From contig QPGO01000144.1 of NCBI GenBank assembly GCA_008632985.1, positions 62,001 through 126,000 on the forward strand: a DNA stretch of 64,000 nt. Reading direction: 5' to 3'. The position numbers were made by a program, and so were the translations under genes. The notes below the pieces were generated by a model that did not search any database, was not told the DNA's origin, and worked only from the letters and a program-made list of their open reading frames with translations. This DNA is from Psammoneis japonica (lineage: Eukaryota). Shown here one piece after another: positions 37,179-49,200 of this stretch (positions are counted from its first letter, which is position 1; every line of letters starts with the position of its first letter).

Positions 37179-40100
37179 ATGAAAACACATCTTTTGTGCA
37201 CATGGGAGGCACGTGCCTGTTGTGATGAACAAGGGAGTGGAATGCCAAGAACCAGCTTCAGAATGTGGTGTTCACTGAAATCTCTTTTTCTCACTCCTCA
37301 CTGCCACAGCCCACCCAGGAGCAATTGAGTGCTTGGCATGGGAAGCCAACAAATTGATGGGCGTGACTGCACAATGCCCCATCTGGCCTTGCTCTGACAG
37401 GAGTGATGATGGAGACACATTCTGTCTGGCAGAAGTCACATTGGCTCACAAGAAGAATGTGCAAACCTGACCCTTGGTTCAAAGACTTGCGGCCATGGTT
37501 GCATGACTTAATTTTTGCTCCACAGGCCTTGCACTGAGACACCACTTTGGAAAATGCAGATGCCCGCATTGGGCACCTGTGTGCCAGCTGGGTTTTGTGT
37601 CAACAGTGGGGCACTCAGGCTGAACAAGAGGAAGTGCTTGATTGGCATTGGCCACTTGGAGCTGCCAAAGGTTCCCTGGAATGCAAAGATTTGCACACAT
37701 GGCATGTGAGGGTTGACATGCTGCCATGTGGGGATGGAGATTTGCTTTGCTTGTTGAGCTGCAATGTGTCATGCATTCATGTGATTGCACAATGAACACA
37801 GTGTAAAAATGTCATGTTGTGTGCAATCTGCACAAAACACACCACATGCATTTGCTTGTTGTGAGCAAATCTCCGCCGGTGGAGATTTGCTCCAAGAGTG
37901 TGACATCAAGTGCTCCATTGTGACAGCAGCTCATCATAAACTTCATTGTCAAAGGTTGAGATTTAGTTCCTCTTTGTTCACAGATGAAGTGTGCAAAAAA
38001 CCGGTGTTAAAAGTCAACATTGAACTTTCTACATTGCAAAAACGGCCCCCCAGAGTTTTCTGCAAATGCACGCTCCAACACAAAATCACATGAATTGTTT
38101 GTTGTCCAAGAAGTTTGAGAACATTTTGTTCAACACATTTGTGATGTGAGCAAACAAGTCCAGTGGTTGAAGGGTCAAAATGCCATCATCATTGACAACA
38201 TTCCTGTCAAGATTGGTGGCAACAGCATGGGCTGCATTGCTTTGAATGTTGCTTTCCTTTTGCCCAGTGTTGCCAGGCCTGGACACAATTTTGCATGCTT
38301 TTGTTGATTTCCTTCACAACATCTCCAGTCAACCCTTGAATGGCTCAAAAGTGTGCAAGAATCTCACCCCACACTGGATCATTTGCAAATCGGTTGCCAT
38401 TGTTCAAAGTCTTTGCAGACAAACAGTGGGTGCCCTTGGATTGGTGGCAAACCACATCTTCACCTTTGTCAGTTTGTCAAGAATTGGATGACAAAGCACA
38501 AAGACAACAAAGAAAAGATGCAATGCCACAAATGAGGTTCACTCTGAACAAGCATCAGTTGCCCCAAACAAAAAGTGATCAGAGCATTTTTCTCCATTTG
38601 CAAGTGCAAAAAACAAACAGTCAGAGCTTTGCTCTGTTCAAGCCACAGTCAGAGCAACATGCTCTATTTTTAAGACAAACAGAGCAAGATAAAAAGAGTT
38701 GCTCTGTTTGGCTGAAATCAGAGGATGCCTCTGATTGAGCCCAATTTTTCAGAGCCAATGCTCCAAGTGACTCGAGTCTCATTGGACCTTCCACATTTTC
38801 AGAGCAAAAAATTTTTTTCACATCAAAGAAACAACCCAAATGTGCAAGATGAAAATGCAACACGCAAATTGTCATTGATGCACAAGCATGCACACTGCAC
38901 ACATGTGTTCCACACATGCACACAACATTGTCATCAACGTCCATCATCATGTGGTGAGCACCTTTCTTGCTCTGCATGTGTGTGTGTGTGTGTGTGCCAT
39001 GTGGCATTGTCTGACATGTGTTTTGCCCTGCACACACACAATGACACAGTCTTCTCAGTTCTCAGTCTTTGCAAGCTGTTTCCATCTGCAGGCATGGCTT
39101 TTCCTGAGAGGCTCACATGCAAAATTGGCTGGTCACTTGACCAATCTGCAGCATTGTTTTTGTGCAGAGTCAAGCTCATCTCTTCTTTTGTGGTTTTGCA
39201 TGTTGATGTTTTTGCTTTTGCAAGCACTTTTTTTCAAGGCAGCCATGCCAGGTGGGCTTTTTGTGCTCAATGAATGTGGCACAAGCCATCATTTTCTAGG
39301 GCCTGCCACCCAGGCATCTCTTCTCACACAAACCCTGGGGTGTGTGTGCCTTGCTTGGGGGGGCTTGTGGGGNGGGGGGGGCACCATGACTTCTGTGGCA
39401 TGCACCCTGGCCCAGTGCACTGCTGGTTTTGACAACAAACCATCAAACAATTGCTGCCATTGCCTTGTGCAATGCTGGCATCAAAGTTGCCTCTGCTGAA
39501 ACCCAGGTGCAGCGTGGAGCCTCGCCACCACATTGGCAGCCCTTTTGTTCAATCTCCTGGCCCACACTGGCACCCTTGTTCCAAGCAGCACCCAGCACAT
39601 GTCCATTCTTGCTCTTGCCCTCTCCTTCTCTCTCGGCTCCTCAAAAAAGCAAGTGCCTCCTTCGCTGAAGTTCTGGCTCCTCAGGGCTTTTTCCACAGCT
39701 GACCTGACCAGGTGTCTCTTCAGAGAGAGAGAGAGAGAGAGAGAGCATTGGTGACAAGAGAGTGCAAAGCACCAAGTGACAGAGGGCAATGGTTGGGCAA
39801 TTGTGCAGCACAGATTAGAAGCCAACAAGTGAAAGTGGTCTGTGCCTCCCGCCTTGCTCAAATTGGTTTTTCTCGTGCGGCTGCCTCAGCATCAGCCGAG
39901 TTGTCGTGCACGTCATGGAAGCAGCGCCAAAGCAAGCTGCAGCACAACCTTGCTTTTCATCTTCATCAATGTTGCACTGCATGTTGACAAGCAGAGAGCA
40001 AGCTTTGCCAGGAATGAGAAAGGAGAGGGGGGCGAGCAATGCAGGAGGGCAGCCACCACTCAGCTGCTGCTGGCAACCATGGGCTGTCTTGCAGCTTTTG

Positions 40101-40362
40101 GGTCAAAAATGGCAAGACCCAACCCTGCGGAAGGCAAGCCCAGGGCTGGCAGTGGCAGGCTGTGCTGGGTGAGTGCACCTTGCTGTTGCAGGCATCTCAG
40201 AGATGCACCTCCGCCATTTGCGGGGCTTTGTGCGCACTGGCTGCAGGTGCCCACGCTTGCACTGGGGCTGCACCCCCCTTCAGCCCCACAGCTTTGGTGC
40301 TGAGTTGCAAACAGTGATAATCTCAACTCCCAGCAATGGCAACTTCATGGTGTTGTGGTGCC

Positions 40363-40729
40363 ACAGACAGTGCTGCGCCAAAATGCGAGTTGTGCCCTTG
40401 GAAAAATGAACAGATCCATGCCTTCAACACGACTGGAGGAGTCTTGTGCGTCGATGACATCATGACATGTCAAACATGCTCGTCCCACAATACATCCACA
40501 ACTCTAAAGCGACTCATTGATTTTCAGATTCATTTGCGACGAAACAGACAGTGCTGCACCAAAAAATGCGAGTTGTGCCCTTAGAAAAATGAACAGATCT
40601 GATCCATGCCTTCAAACACGACTGGAGGAGTCTTGGCGTCGATGACATCATGACGTGTCAAACATGCTCGACCCACAATAATCCACGACTCCAAAGACTC
40701 ATTGATTTTCAGAATTCATTTGCGACGAA
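40363..40729 (+). repeat. ~180-bp tandem duplication at the domain edge
   Basis: Two copies of acagacagtgctgc...cattgattttcaga(a)ttcatttgcgacgaa. Confidence 0.9.
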
Positions 40730-40912
40730 GCACACACAAACACAAATCGATCCGAACCGAATTCTCTCCGTTGAAGTCAACTTCAGGTGAGACCTGTTCC
40801 CTTTGTTGTCGCAATTTGGGTGCTCGCGTGCTCATCATAGCCGATAGCGTATTGAGACGAGAATGCTGGAAGAACAATCAAATCTAATCGAATCTCACAT
40901 CTCACACGAAAC

Positions 40913-42356
40913 ATGGAACATTGCAAAACTGATCTCTCCAGGCACAGACAAAGAGCTGTCATGGCAAACATATGCCCTATTAACGTTCCTCTGCCGAGAG
41001 ACAGAATCTGCGAAACAGTCAATCAAGATGGAAAAATCTGCGGTAAAACGCTTACGCGGCACCGCTTTTTGATTTTCCCCTACACTGATCACACTGTGTG
41101 TCCAACATGCCATCCTGGCGAAGAGGACCAAAATGAACTAGAGCAAAGACAAGAGAACGAGAAGAAGGATATGCGCTGCTGTGGTATTGTAGCTTCTGTA
41201 TTTCTTGTGGTGATCGTGGCGATTGTGGCGACCGTTTTAGCTGGTGACAACAGAAAGCCACCCACACCTCCTCCGTCTTCAAACCAGCCAAACACCCAGG
41301 CACCGTCTTCAAACCAGTCGAACCTCCGACCAGCCACGCCTTCTCCAACGCCTTTACCCACGCCTCTCACGCCTTCTCCAACTCCTTTGCCCGCGCAAGG
41401 CCCAACTTCCAGCCCAGAAACATTGCTGACATTGATTGCAGACGCCTCTCCCGACAATGGCCGGGCCCTTCGTGATCCAACATCGCCACAGAGCAGAGCT
41501 CTTGCTTGGTTGCGGAACAATGCCGCAATTAACAGTTACTCCAACCCGAAGAAGATCCAGCGGTATGCTCTCGCCACTCTTTACTACAGCAGTAGAGGCG
41601 AGTCGTGGATTTCGAGTGACAAGTGGCTAACCGATGACGACGAGTGCTCTTGGCACAATGAAGTGTCGGGTGGTGACAATAAATGCAGCGAAGGAAAGCT
41701 AACCCATCTGTATCTTCCTGCCAATGACTTGCGAGGTACAATCCCACAGGAGGTCGCCATGGTTTCAAGTTCCCTGAGTAAGTTGTATCAGAGGCCAGAT
41801 TCGTGGAACTGCTCCAGTGCGTCGCTGCACATTCTCTCCATTTTGCGCCTTGTTCGTGTTAGCTGACTATTATTTGTTCCCTCGTTCCGGTATAAAATCC
41901 GCAGTTGAGCTATCTTTGGCCCAAAACTCGTTGACAGGCGCGATTCCGACAGAAATTGGGATGTTGACCAAGTTGGGTAAGTTCTATTGTGCTGCCCGTC
42001 CACCCACCTGTCTCAATAGTGTTTACCGTCCATCACGCCTTTGACTGCAATCTCATGTGTTTTGATGTATTCCATAGATACCTTATATCTTAACAGCAAC
42101 TCATTGACTGGCACCATTCCAACTGAGATGAGCTTCTTGACGGGCTTGAGTACGTTTTTCCCTTCGAGGCCATGCGCCATTGCACACTCACCAAGCATTC
42201 TCTGACAGTTTCTTTCAATTCCTTTCACTGAAATCTAAAGAGTGGTTAGATCTGTATGATAATGATTTGACAGGAAGCTTCACTTGTCCCAAATATATCG
42301 AAAGTTGCGGCATCTCTTGCAGCGACTGGAGTAACCCTGTCTGCCGCACTCTCTAG
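40913..42356 (+). CDS. Type II membrane leucine-rich-repeat protein, 3 introns
   Basis: TM, Pro-rich stalk, SPQSRALAWL...IQRYALATLYYS...W..DDECSW cap, then LYLPANDLRGTIPQE, LSLAQNSLTGAIPTEIG and LYLNSNSLTGTIPTE repeats separated by GT-AG introns (first donor at 41778). Confidence 0.85.
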
Positions 42357-42645
42357 CTACGCGCAGTAGGTGCCAATTATATATCAAAGGAAGAGACGAA
42401 AAAAAAGGATGTCCATTGTAGCAGCACATGTGTCGTGCGGATTAATTTATTATGCAGACCGTACAGTAAGAGTGTAAACTCGTAGAATATCTACCTTGCA
42501 TTGCGCCAGCATCGCATCCATCGCATAGTTCGTTGAACCCGGGTCGCGTTGTCGCCCTTGCAAACTGTTTCTACTATCTATTGCTTTGAAAGACAGGATC
42601 AGGAATAGCGAATCGGGTATCGTGATCAATCTGCTGCTTTATTTC

Positions 42646-43345
42646 ATGTCTCTTCATCTGCGAATCGCAAGTGCTCTCTTTTAATGCGGGTATGAATCGA
42701 ATTCGTCTTTCAGTTACTTCTTTAAGAGCAAGTCCGCCAATCCCAAACTTTTGTTCGGATTTTGGACTAGCATCCATGGAACTGCGAATCCCCGAGGGTG
42801 ACGAGCGAGAACGAGCCGTGTGTGCCGCTTGCGGTCGAATCGAATACACCAATCGAAAAGTGGTGGTTCCCTGTGTTGTAAGGACAAACGACAAACACAT
42901 ATTACTTGGAAAGCGAGCCATTGAACCGCGAAAGGGTAAGTGGGGAATACCACGAGGCTTTCTAGAACATGGAGAGACGACTCGACAATAAGCCGCTGCC
43001 CGAAAAGTAAATGAAGAGACTGGAGCTGTTGTATCGGATCTGGAGTTGCGAGCCGTCAACAAAGTACCCGGATCGGTTCAGATTGTCTATGAAGCAATGA
43101 TGGTGGATCGAGAAGCAGCTCAAAATGAAATTGCAGCATCTACTACAGAGTCGTCTGAAATAGCATTCTTTTCTCCCGACTCTGTACCCTACGACGAGGA
43201 ACTCTGCTTCCCGACCGTTCAATGGGCTTTAGATCATTGTGTTTCCATGGAGAAGAAGGAATCAATTACACATATTCAGCAAAAAGACGAAATTTTACGA
43301 TGCTAGGCTTGACTTGTGGAGTGAGTTTGAGGACGAACCACCGAC
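42646..43345 (+). pseudogene. Nudix hydrolase pseudogene, duplicate of 24185-24913
   Basis: High identity to copy 1. Truncated signal peptide, a 2-bp insertion giving TAA at 42989-42991 inside the Nudix box, and a later frameshift. Confidence 0.85.
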
Positions 43346-43654
43346 TTCATCGTTGCTATTGCAAGTCAAAGTGAAGAAAAAAGAATCATGATAACTAGCT
43401 AGAGACGGCACGCTACGGCTCCTCACTTTATTGTGAATGTGTGTACAGCTCCGGATTCCTCGCTATTTGAATCACGCTCTCTCGATCCAAGTACAATCAA
43501 GCGCTCGGTATGAGAAGCCGAGGATGCTACGCTGACAGCTAAGAGTGGAATCAATGCAGCTATACAAGTTACTGCGTGACGTTGCTATCACAAGCTACAG
43601 TAACTTCAACAGCACATGAACTGTTACCCGTCGCCTCGCGTATTTTCAGAGGCC

Positions 43655-45712
43655 CTACAACGGTGTCAAGGAAAACACCTTTGCCATGCCTGTCTCTTTA
43701 CGATGATGTCGCGCACCAACGACAATTTCATTTCCTGTTTCAGACAGAGCAACGGCGTATCCAAATTCATCGAGAGCTGCCTCGCCGCTCATGAGAATGT
43801 GATCCCCCACGCGGTGCCATTCCTCTGTGGCTTCGTCGAGAGAATATATTTGCACTTGGCCGGATTTGAATGCACCAAACGCTTTCTTGTAAGGAATACC
43901 AACCGCGAGAATCTTGCCATTACTATTGTTCAAGTCAACACTGGATCCAAAGCCATCATTGCTATTCCCACTCTCAAGGGTCTGTCCGCGTTGTGTCCAT
44001 ACATCCCTCGTACTGTCATACTCAAATACGGACACTATTCCGAGATTCTCGTCGCTGATATTACTCCTGCCGACAGCAAGAACACGGCCACTTCCATCAA
44101 GAGACACAGCGGACGAGCCAAACGACTGACTGACTGCATCAAGTGGTACGTTTCCCATTTGCATCCACTCGGACGATGAAGATTCGTATTGATACACATA
44201 CACGCTTCCAGCACTGGTGCCAATGGCAACTGTGGTTCCCACATTGTTTATAGACACGGACGAGCCAAATCCCATTTCGTCACGCTCTATTGCTTGGCCC
44301 AGGGGCTCCCAAGACTCCATGTCCTCGTTGAATTGCAACATGCGAACCGATCCACTACCCTTGGCCCCCACCACAAGGATCTTTGCGTGCCTTGACAAAG
44401 AGACGGATCCACCGAAAAAGTCCCGACTCTGAGTACCGACAAGTTTATCGCCCATTGGGTACCACGTGTTCCCAAACCGTCGGTAGACACGCACGCACCC
44501 AGAATCTGAAAAGCTGTAGTCATAAAGATCGGAGCCAATCGCCAGAATCGTTCCGTCGCCATTCAGCGACACGGATGCACCGAATCGGTCACCATTGTTC
44601 TCTCCAGTCAATTCCTCTCCAGTCATGTCTAGACTCATTTGTGTCCACCGCTCTGACAAACTATCCTCGAGATGATAGACAGAGACATAGCCAACATTGT
44701 TGCGACGTGCGTGATATTGTGGGGCTCCCACTGCAACTACACGTGCATCGAGTGAGATGGAAACGGACGTACCAAAGGTATCACTCGGGGCTTTACCACT
44801 CAAGTCATTGCCGATGTCATTCCACAAACCTTGCTCCAACAGAGGCGACGGCGTTTCTTCAGGAGCGCTTGTGGATAATGTGGTCGGGCTACTGGTTATA
44901 CCTGGACGTAGTGTATATGGCCTTGTTGGTATTGTTGATGTTGTTGGTATGGCTGTGGATGAATGTGGCCTTTCAGCCTTGCTTTTATCACCAACAAGCG
45001 TCGCTGATATTACTACCACTCCTGCAACAATGGTTAACGCAATCAAGGTACCGAGTGCAAAGAAACGAGTCCATTTTGTATTGTTTGCATCTTGTTCCCG
45101 TTGTCCCTCCGTTGGCTCTCCAATCCGCTCGGCCTGAACTAAGGGTCTAGTAGATCGATTTAAAAGGGGAGCCAAGCTTAGTTCCTGGACTTGAAGCTGA
45201 AGACGAGAGATCTCTTCTCGATAATTTTCGCCTCTTGGTGCCAACTCTGCGTGGACAAGCACCTCCGGGGGATCCTGCGACTGTTCCCTGACAATGACGC
45301 TTCCTGAATCAGATGCAAGAAGAGATTCAACGTCTTCATCTTCGCTGCTGATTTGACTTAGCTGCTCGCCTATGGACAATTCATCTTGCGTATAATGCGA
45401 AGACACACCTGGTCTTCCTGCGGCATTGTCGCTTCTGGAGCAAGAGGCTGAAATGCTTCTAGTTGAAGCCGCATCCCTCGACCCCCGCTTTGACTTAGTC
45501 TTTCGTACTGATGAACACTTTTCATTGTACTTTTGTTCCATTCGTTCCAAGCTATGAAGTTTATGCTTCTTCCGTCTTTTCTTGCGTTTCGAATGTGCGT
45601 GGCGGAGGTGACGTCTCGTGCGTTCATCGACCTCGCTGCACTCGTTCGATCGTTCCTCCTGTCCTATTTCTGTGTCCCTTGAATGCTTGAGTTCAGAATC
45701 CATGATATTCAA
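43655..45712 (-). CDS. Type II membrane protein with FG-GAP-like seven-bladed propeller
   Basis: Intact 685-aa ORF. TM FFALGTLIALTIVAGVVVI, Thr/Pro stalk, seven FG.SVSL...G..LA.G repeats. Confidence 0.85.
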   Translation of the reverse strand: MNIMDSELKHSRDTEIGQEERSNECSEVDERTRRHLRHAHSKRKKRRKKHKLHSLERMEQKYNEKCSSVRKTKSKRGSRDAASTRSISASCSRSDNAAGRPGVSSHYTQDELSIGEQLSQISSEDEDVESLLASDSGSVIVREQSQDPPEVLVHAELAPRGENYREEISRLQLQVQELSLAPLLNRSTRPLVQAERIGEPTEGQREQDANNTKWTRFFALGTLIALTIVAGVVVISATLVGDKSKAERPHSSTAIPTTSTIPTRPYTLRPGITSSPTTLSTSAPEETPSPLLEQGLWNDIGNDLSGKAPSDTFGTSVSISLDARVVAVGAPQYHARRNNVGYVSVYHLEDSLSERWTQMSLDMTGEELTGENNGDRFGASVSLNGDGTILAIGSDLYDYSFSDSGCVRVYRRFGNTWYPMGDKLVGTQSRDFFGGSVSLSRHAKILVVGAKGSGSVRMLQFNEDMESWEPLGQAIERDEMGFGSSVSINNVGTTVAIGTSAGSVYVYQYESSSSEWMQMGNVPLDAVSQSFGSSAVSLDGSGRVLAVGRSNISDENLGIVSVFEYDSTRDVWTQRGQTLESGNSNDGFGSSVDLNNSNGKILAVGIPYKKAFGAFKSGQVQIYSLDEATEEWHRVGDHILMSGEAALDEFGYAVALSETGNEIVVGARHHRKETGMAKVFSLTPL

Positions 45713-46236
45713 TCTCTTTTATGTGATAGGGATACAGGGATGGTGTGGTCTAGGTATTTATTGGGGGTGTCACCATCGTACACAGAATCAATCCATCATC
45801 GGGTTCTCCACTGCAAATAAATTCGAATTGAGTGAGCGACGCCATGGGATATTTCCGTTGTTGACCGATGAAGACAGAATGACTATGACTCTCGTAGATA
45901 AAAACCGGAAAAGACAATCATCATTGGTCATTATTTTTGAGAGTCTTCGTTAAGCCCCATAAGTACAGATGACTGATTTCTAAGAAAGGAGGCGACATTG
46001 GCCACTTCGGTCGGTCACAATTCAATCAGCAAGGAGTGAGGCATTGCGAACCCAGATTTCGACTCGCTGATGAGTACGGTGTACCTTAAGCGCGCAATGC
46101 ACCGATAGGAGGAGCGAGCAACAAATAGCTTGTAGTCATATTGAAAGCCCCCTTTGATTTCTAAATTTGAAGAAAAAGAGACTTACTACAGCATGGATTT
46201 TCCACACGATCCGTTGCGACGTCAGCGGGAACTCAT

Positions 46237-49200
46237 TCACCTCCCTCCTTGAGAACTTTTGCGAAACATAACTCCTCCCAAGAATCCTCCAACTCCTTTG
46301 TCTTTAACATCACTTGACACCTCTTTTCCTATTTCTTTTCCCATACCAACAAACTTCGATCCCAATCCAAGTCCTTTGCCCATTGCCTTTTTGAATCGTT
46401 GCGCGGGCTTGGCCAACGCTTGACCGACTACCGCTGTCACGCTGGACTTTTTGTGCCGTTCCGTCCATTGCGAGATACCAGGGAGTGCATGGAGACGTAA
46501 AACTCCAGACGAACACGCTGCCGCTCCCACAACGGGTCTTAGAATGGAGGGCCCAAAGTCCAAATCATAAGCAGTAGGGACTTGCTCATTCAGCTCTTCC
46601 TTTTCTGTTATATGCCACTCGTCGATGAATTCCAGTGGTGTTACTGCAGAAAGGCGATGAATTGTGATACCACGACCACTGCAAACAAAAATGGCAGTTC
46701 CGTCCGGAGTGGCGGTGATCTTATGGGGGACTCCTCGCCATGACTCGAGAGCCTTGGACCCCAAGCTCACGCCTTCCAGCGAGAATAAGTGAAGGGTCAT
46801 GATGGCGCGGTTTACCGTGGACGCGCTCTGGCTTGACGAAATTACCGTTTTGCAAACACAAACCAAGAAGCCTTGTACGCTAATGCACAGAGCGGGAGTA
46901 TCAGCAAAAACAGTCCGCATCTTCGTGTTTTCGTCGGAAAAGAAAGCCCCATTGAGTGTATCTTGTGGAGGCGGAAAGTTTCGAATCATGCCACCATTGC
47001 CAACACTATATATGCAGCACTTCTTCTCTGATACAGTCGCACAAACATGAATAGCACTGCTGAGAGCAACGGCATGAATCTTGGCTCCACCGTGACCCCG
47101 CATTCGGACGCGCGGTCTTAGCGGAAGGTAGTGAGACGACATGAATCGCCAGATGGACGCACCGCCATCCGCACTTCCTAAAATGGCAAGTTCACCACCG
47201 ACGCCACCGTGTCCAGCAGCTGTTCCAATAGGATCCATTGCAATGCATGTGATAGTGCTGCTGTGAATGGAAGGAACAATCGCCTCTCCGCGAACGTTCC
47301 CCTTGGCAGGATCCACGAGCTGCATTGCGAGACCTCCTCTCCCGTCCCCGTCACTCAGTACCAACAAAACGGAACGATTAGCAAACAATGTTTTAGAGAT
47401 CGCCACTGTTGGGAGAGATGGACGCCCATTTCCGGGTAGCTTTGTGGGTATGTGAGGAATGCGAGGCACAATGCGAAAGCGAGGAAGCTCTCGCTGAGCT
47501 ACAAAGCCACCCTTGTCGAATAGATCCTCTTCGCGGGTTTGACGATAAGATTTTGCTTCGTCCCCTTCGCCCGGTGGTCCATCTTCAGGTTTCCAAGCCC
47601 AACGGAAAGTGTGATAGACACCCTGTGCATCAACAGCGAGGCACCGATCGAGTCCAGCAAGTCGAACAGCAATCAAATCAGCATGAGGACCCGGCGGCGG
47701 AGCTGCCAAATGCACCCAGTGGCTAAGAGGCGCTTGAAAGAACGGGAGAAACATGGGCTCTCCGATAATCCTTTGAGTCCCGTCCTTTCTTAGTGACGGA
47801 CTCGCCATCACGTCCTCGTCCTCGTCGGGTTCCTTTCCACTTGTGCTGGGTCCAGCTCCCTGCGTATATGCGCTCAATATCTGATAGAATGTGAGCCTTT
47901 GGTAATTCCTCCAGCGCTGCACACGCCGCACATGATTTCTGCGGAAAAGTTGCATCGGACACTGCCCAAAGTGGGCAATCTGTAACTCTGTAGCGGTACG
48001 CAAAGACTCATCCTCAATACTCGCAACATCGACACTACCGTAGTAGGTCAGGTAGAAGAACACGTTATTAGCCTTGATCGCTTCCGGACCTTGCTGCTTC
48101 CTGTTGGAACAGTTACATACAAGAACAAGAAATAATTAGAGTTAACAAATATCGCAAACACAAGATCCACCGATCGCGCTCACCTCCCAAAAATTAGATC
48201 TATCCAATCAGGCAGCATTTCCGAGCAAATGTCACTCTCAAGCGCGTCCCTCATTACCTCGACAAACTTCTCCGGGCTGCCATTGGCCCAGGGGGGCAAC
48301 TGGACATCACCAATTACCTCGCCTTCCTGTGAAGTGCCTAACTTGTACTTATTCGAATTCTTCAAGAAGGCAGGGTTGCAATACCACTCTGGGGTAAGCT
48401 CCTTAACCTCCGCTGCCGACGATCCAGTGCACATATCCCACGTCCGCGGAACAGAACTAAACAGCCTGTCCGCCACGTCAAAATGCCCCCCTTGAAGCTG
48501 GCGGTGAAGTCCAGAAAAAGGGTGCATCCGCACCAAGAAGTGTAACACAACGCCCGCACTTGTTGAGTAATGGCTGCCGTACATAAACGCGGGAATTGTC
48601 GGATCTTGGAATGTTTCAAAGCGATCGATAAAATCAGCTAGCCGCTCAGGATTCAATGCTCCCACTGGCTTTGATAAATCCCGAAAATTAGATCGATCGC
48701 TCAAATCAGGGATTTCTTCAGAGTGAAAGTTCGACAATACCCAAGGCATCACAGGATACTGACAAAGGTCGTTGTAGCTCCGCCCAGACAAAATATTAAG
48801 ATGGAGGAGGTAATCGAAGTTTGTGACGCGACCTTCCACCCAACCCAACGCCAGTCGGCTCAACTGCTCATGCAAGAATTGACCACTTCGATCAGGCCAC
48901 TGTTTGATGGTCTGCGGAGGAGCTCGCCTCATGATTGCATTTGCTGCATCATCGCGTCTGACGTTCCCTTCATACCCGGGACCAAAATCGAGGAAAATAG
49001 ACGTAGCTGGGGAGTACAAGCCAAATCCGCCGAATGAGCCACCACCAGACGGTATGAAAAACATTTCGAGGGCTGAGTCTCTCAGTCTGTATCTGCGCAG
49101 ATAAATATGGGAGAGCTCAGAAATGTTAAAGCGAATGCATTTAGGACGCAGAGCAGCGGTTTCCCGGTGCCTTTTCTCTAGCTCTTCCGTCTCCGTGTCT

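Larger units (their letters stand above)
25390..40700. other. TpA/CpG-depleted hypermutated transposon domain 2
   Basis: Same compositional signature as domain 1. TpA reappears only inside a young MITE and past ~40700. Confidence 0.9.

Noticed and set aside
38976..39746. (TG)n and (GA)n microsatellites and a G-run containing an n
   Set aside because: Ordinary simple repeats or a low-quality base call, with no further structure.
25390..40700. Alternative genetic code or foreign (viral/HGT) DNA with native TpA avoidance
   Set aside because: The signature begins in the middle of a host-family gene and differs between sister copies, so it was acquired in place.
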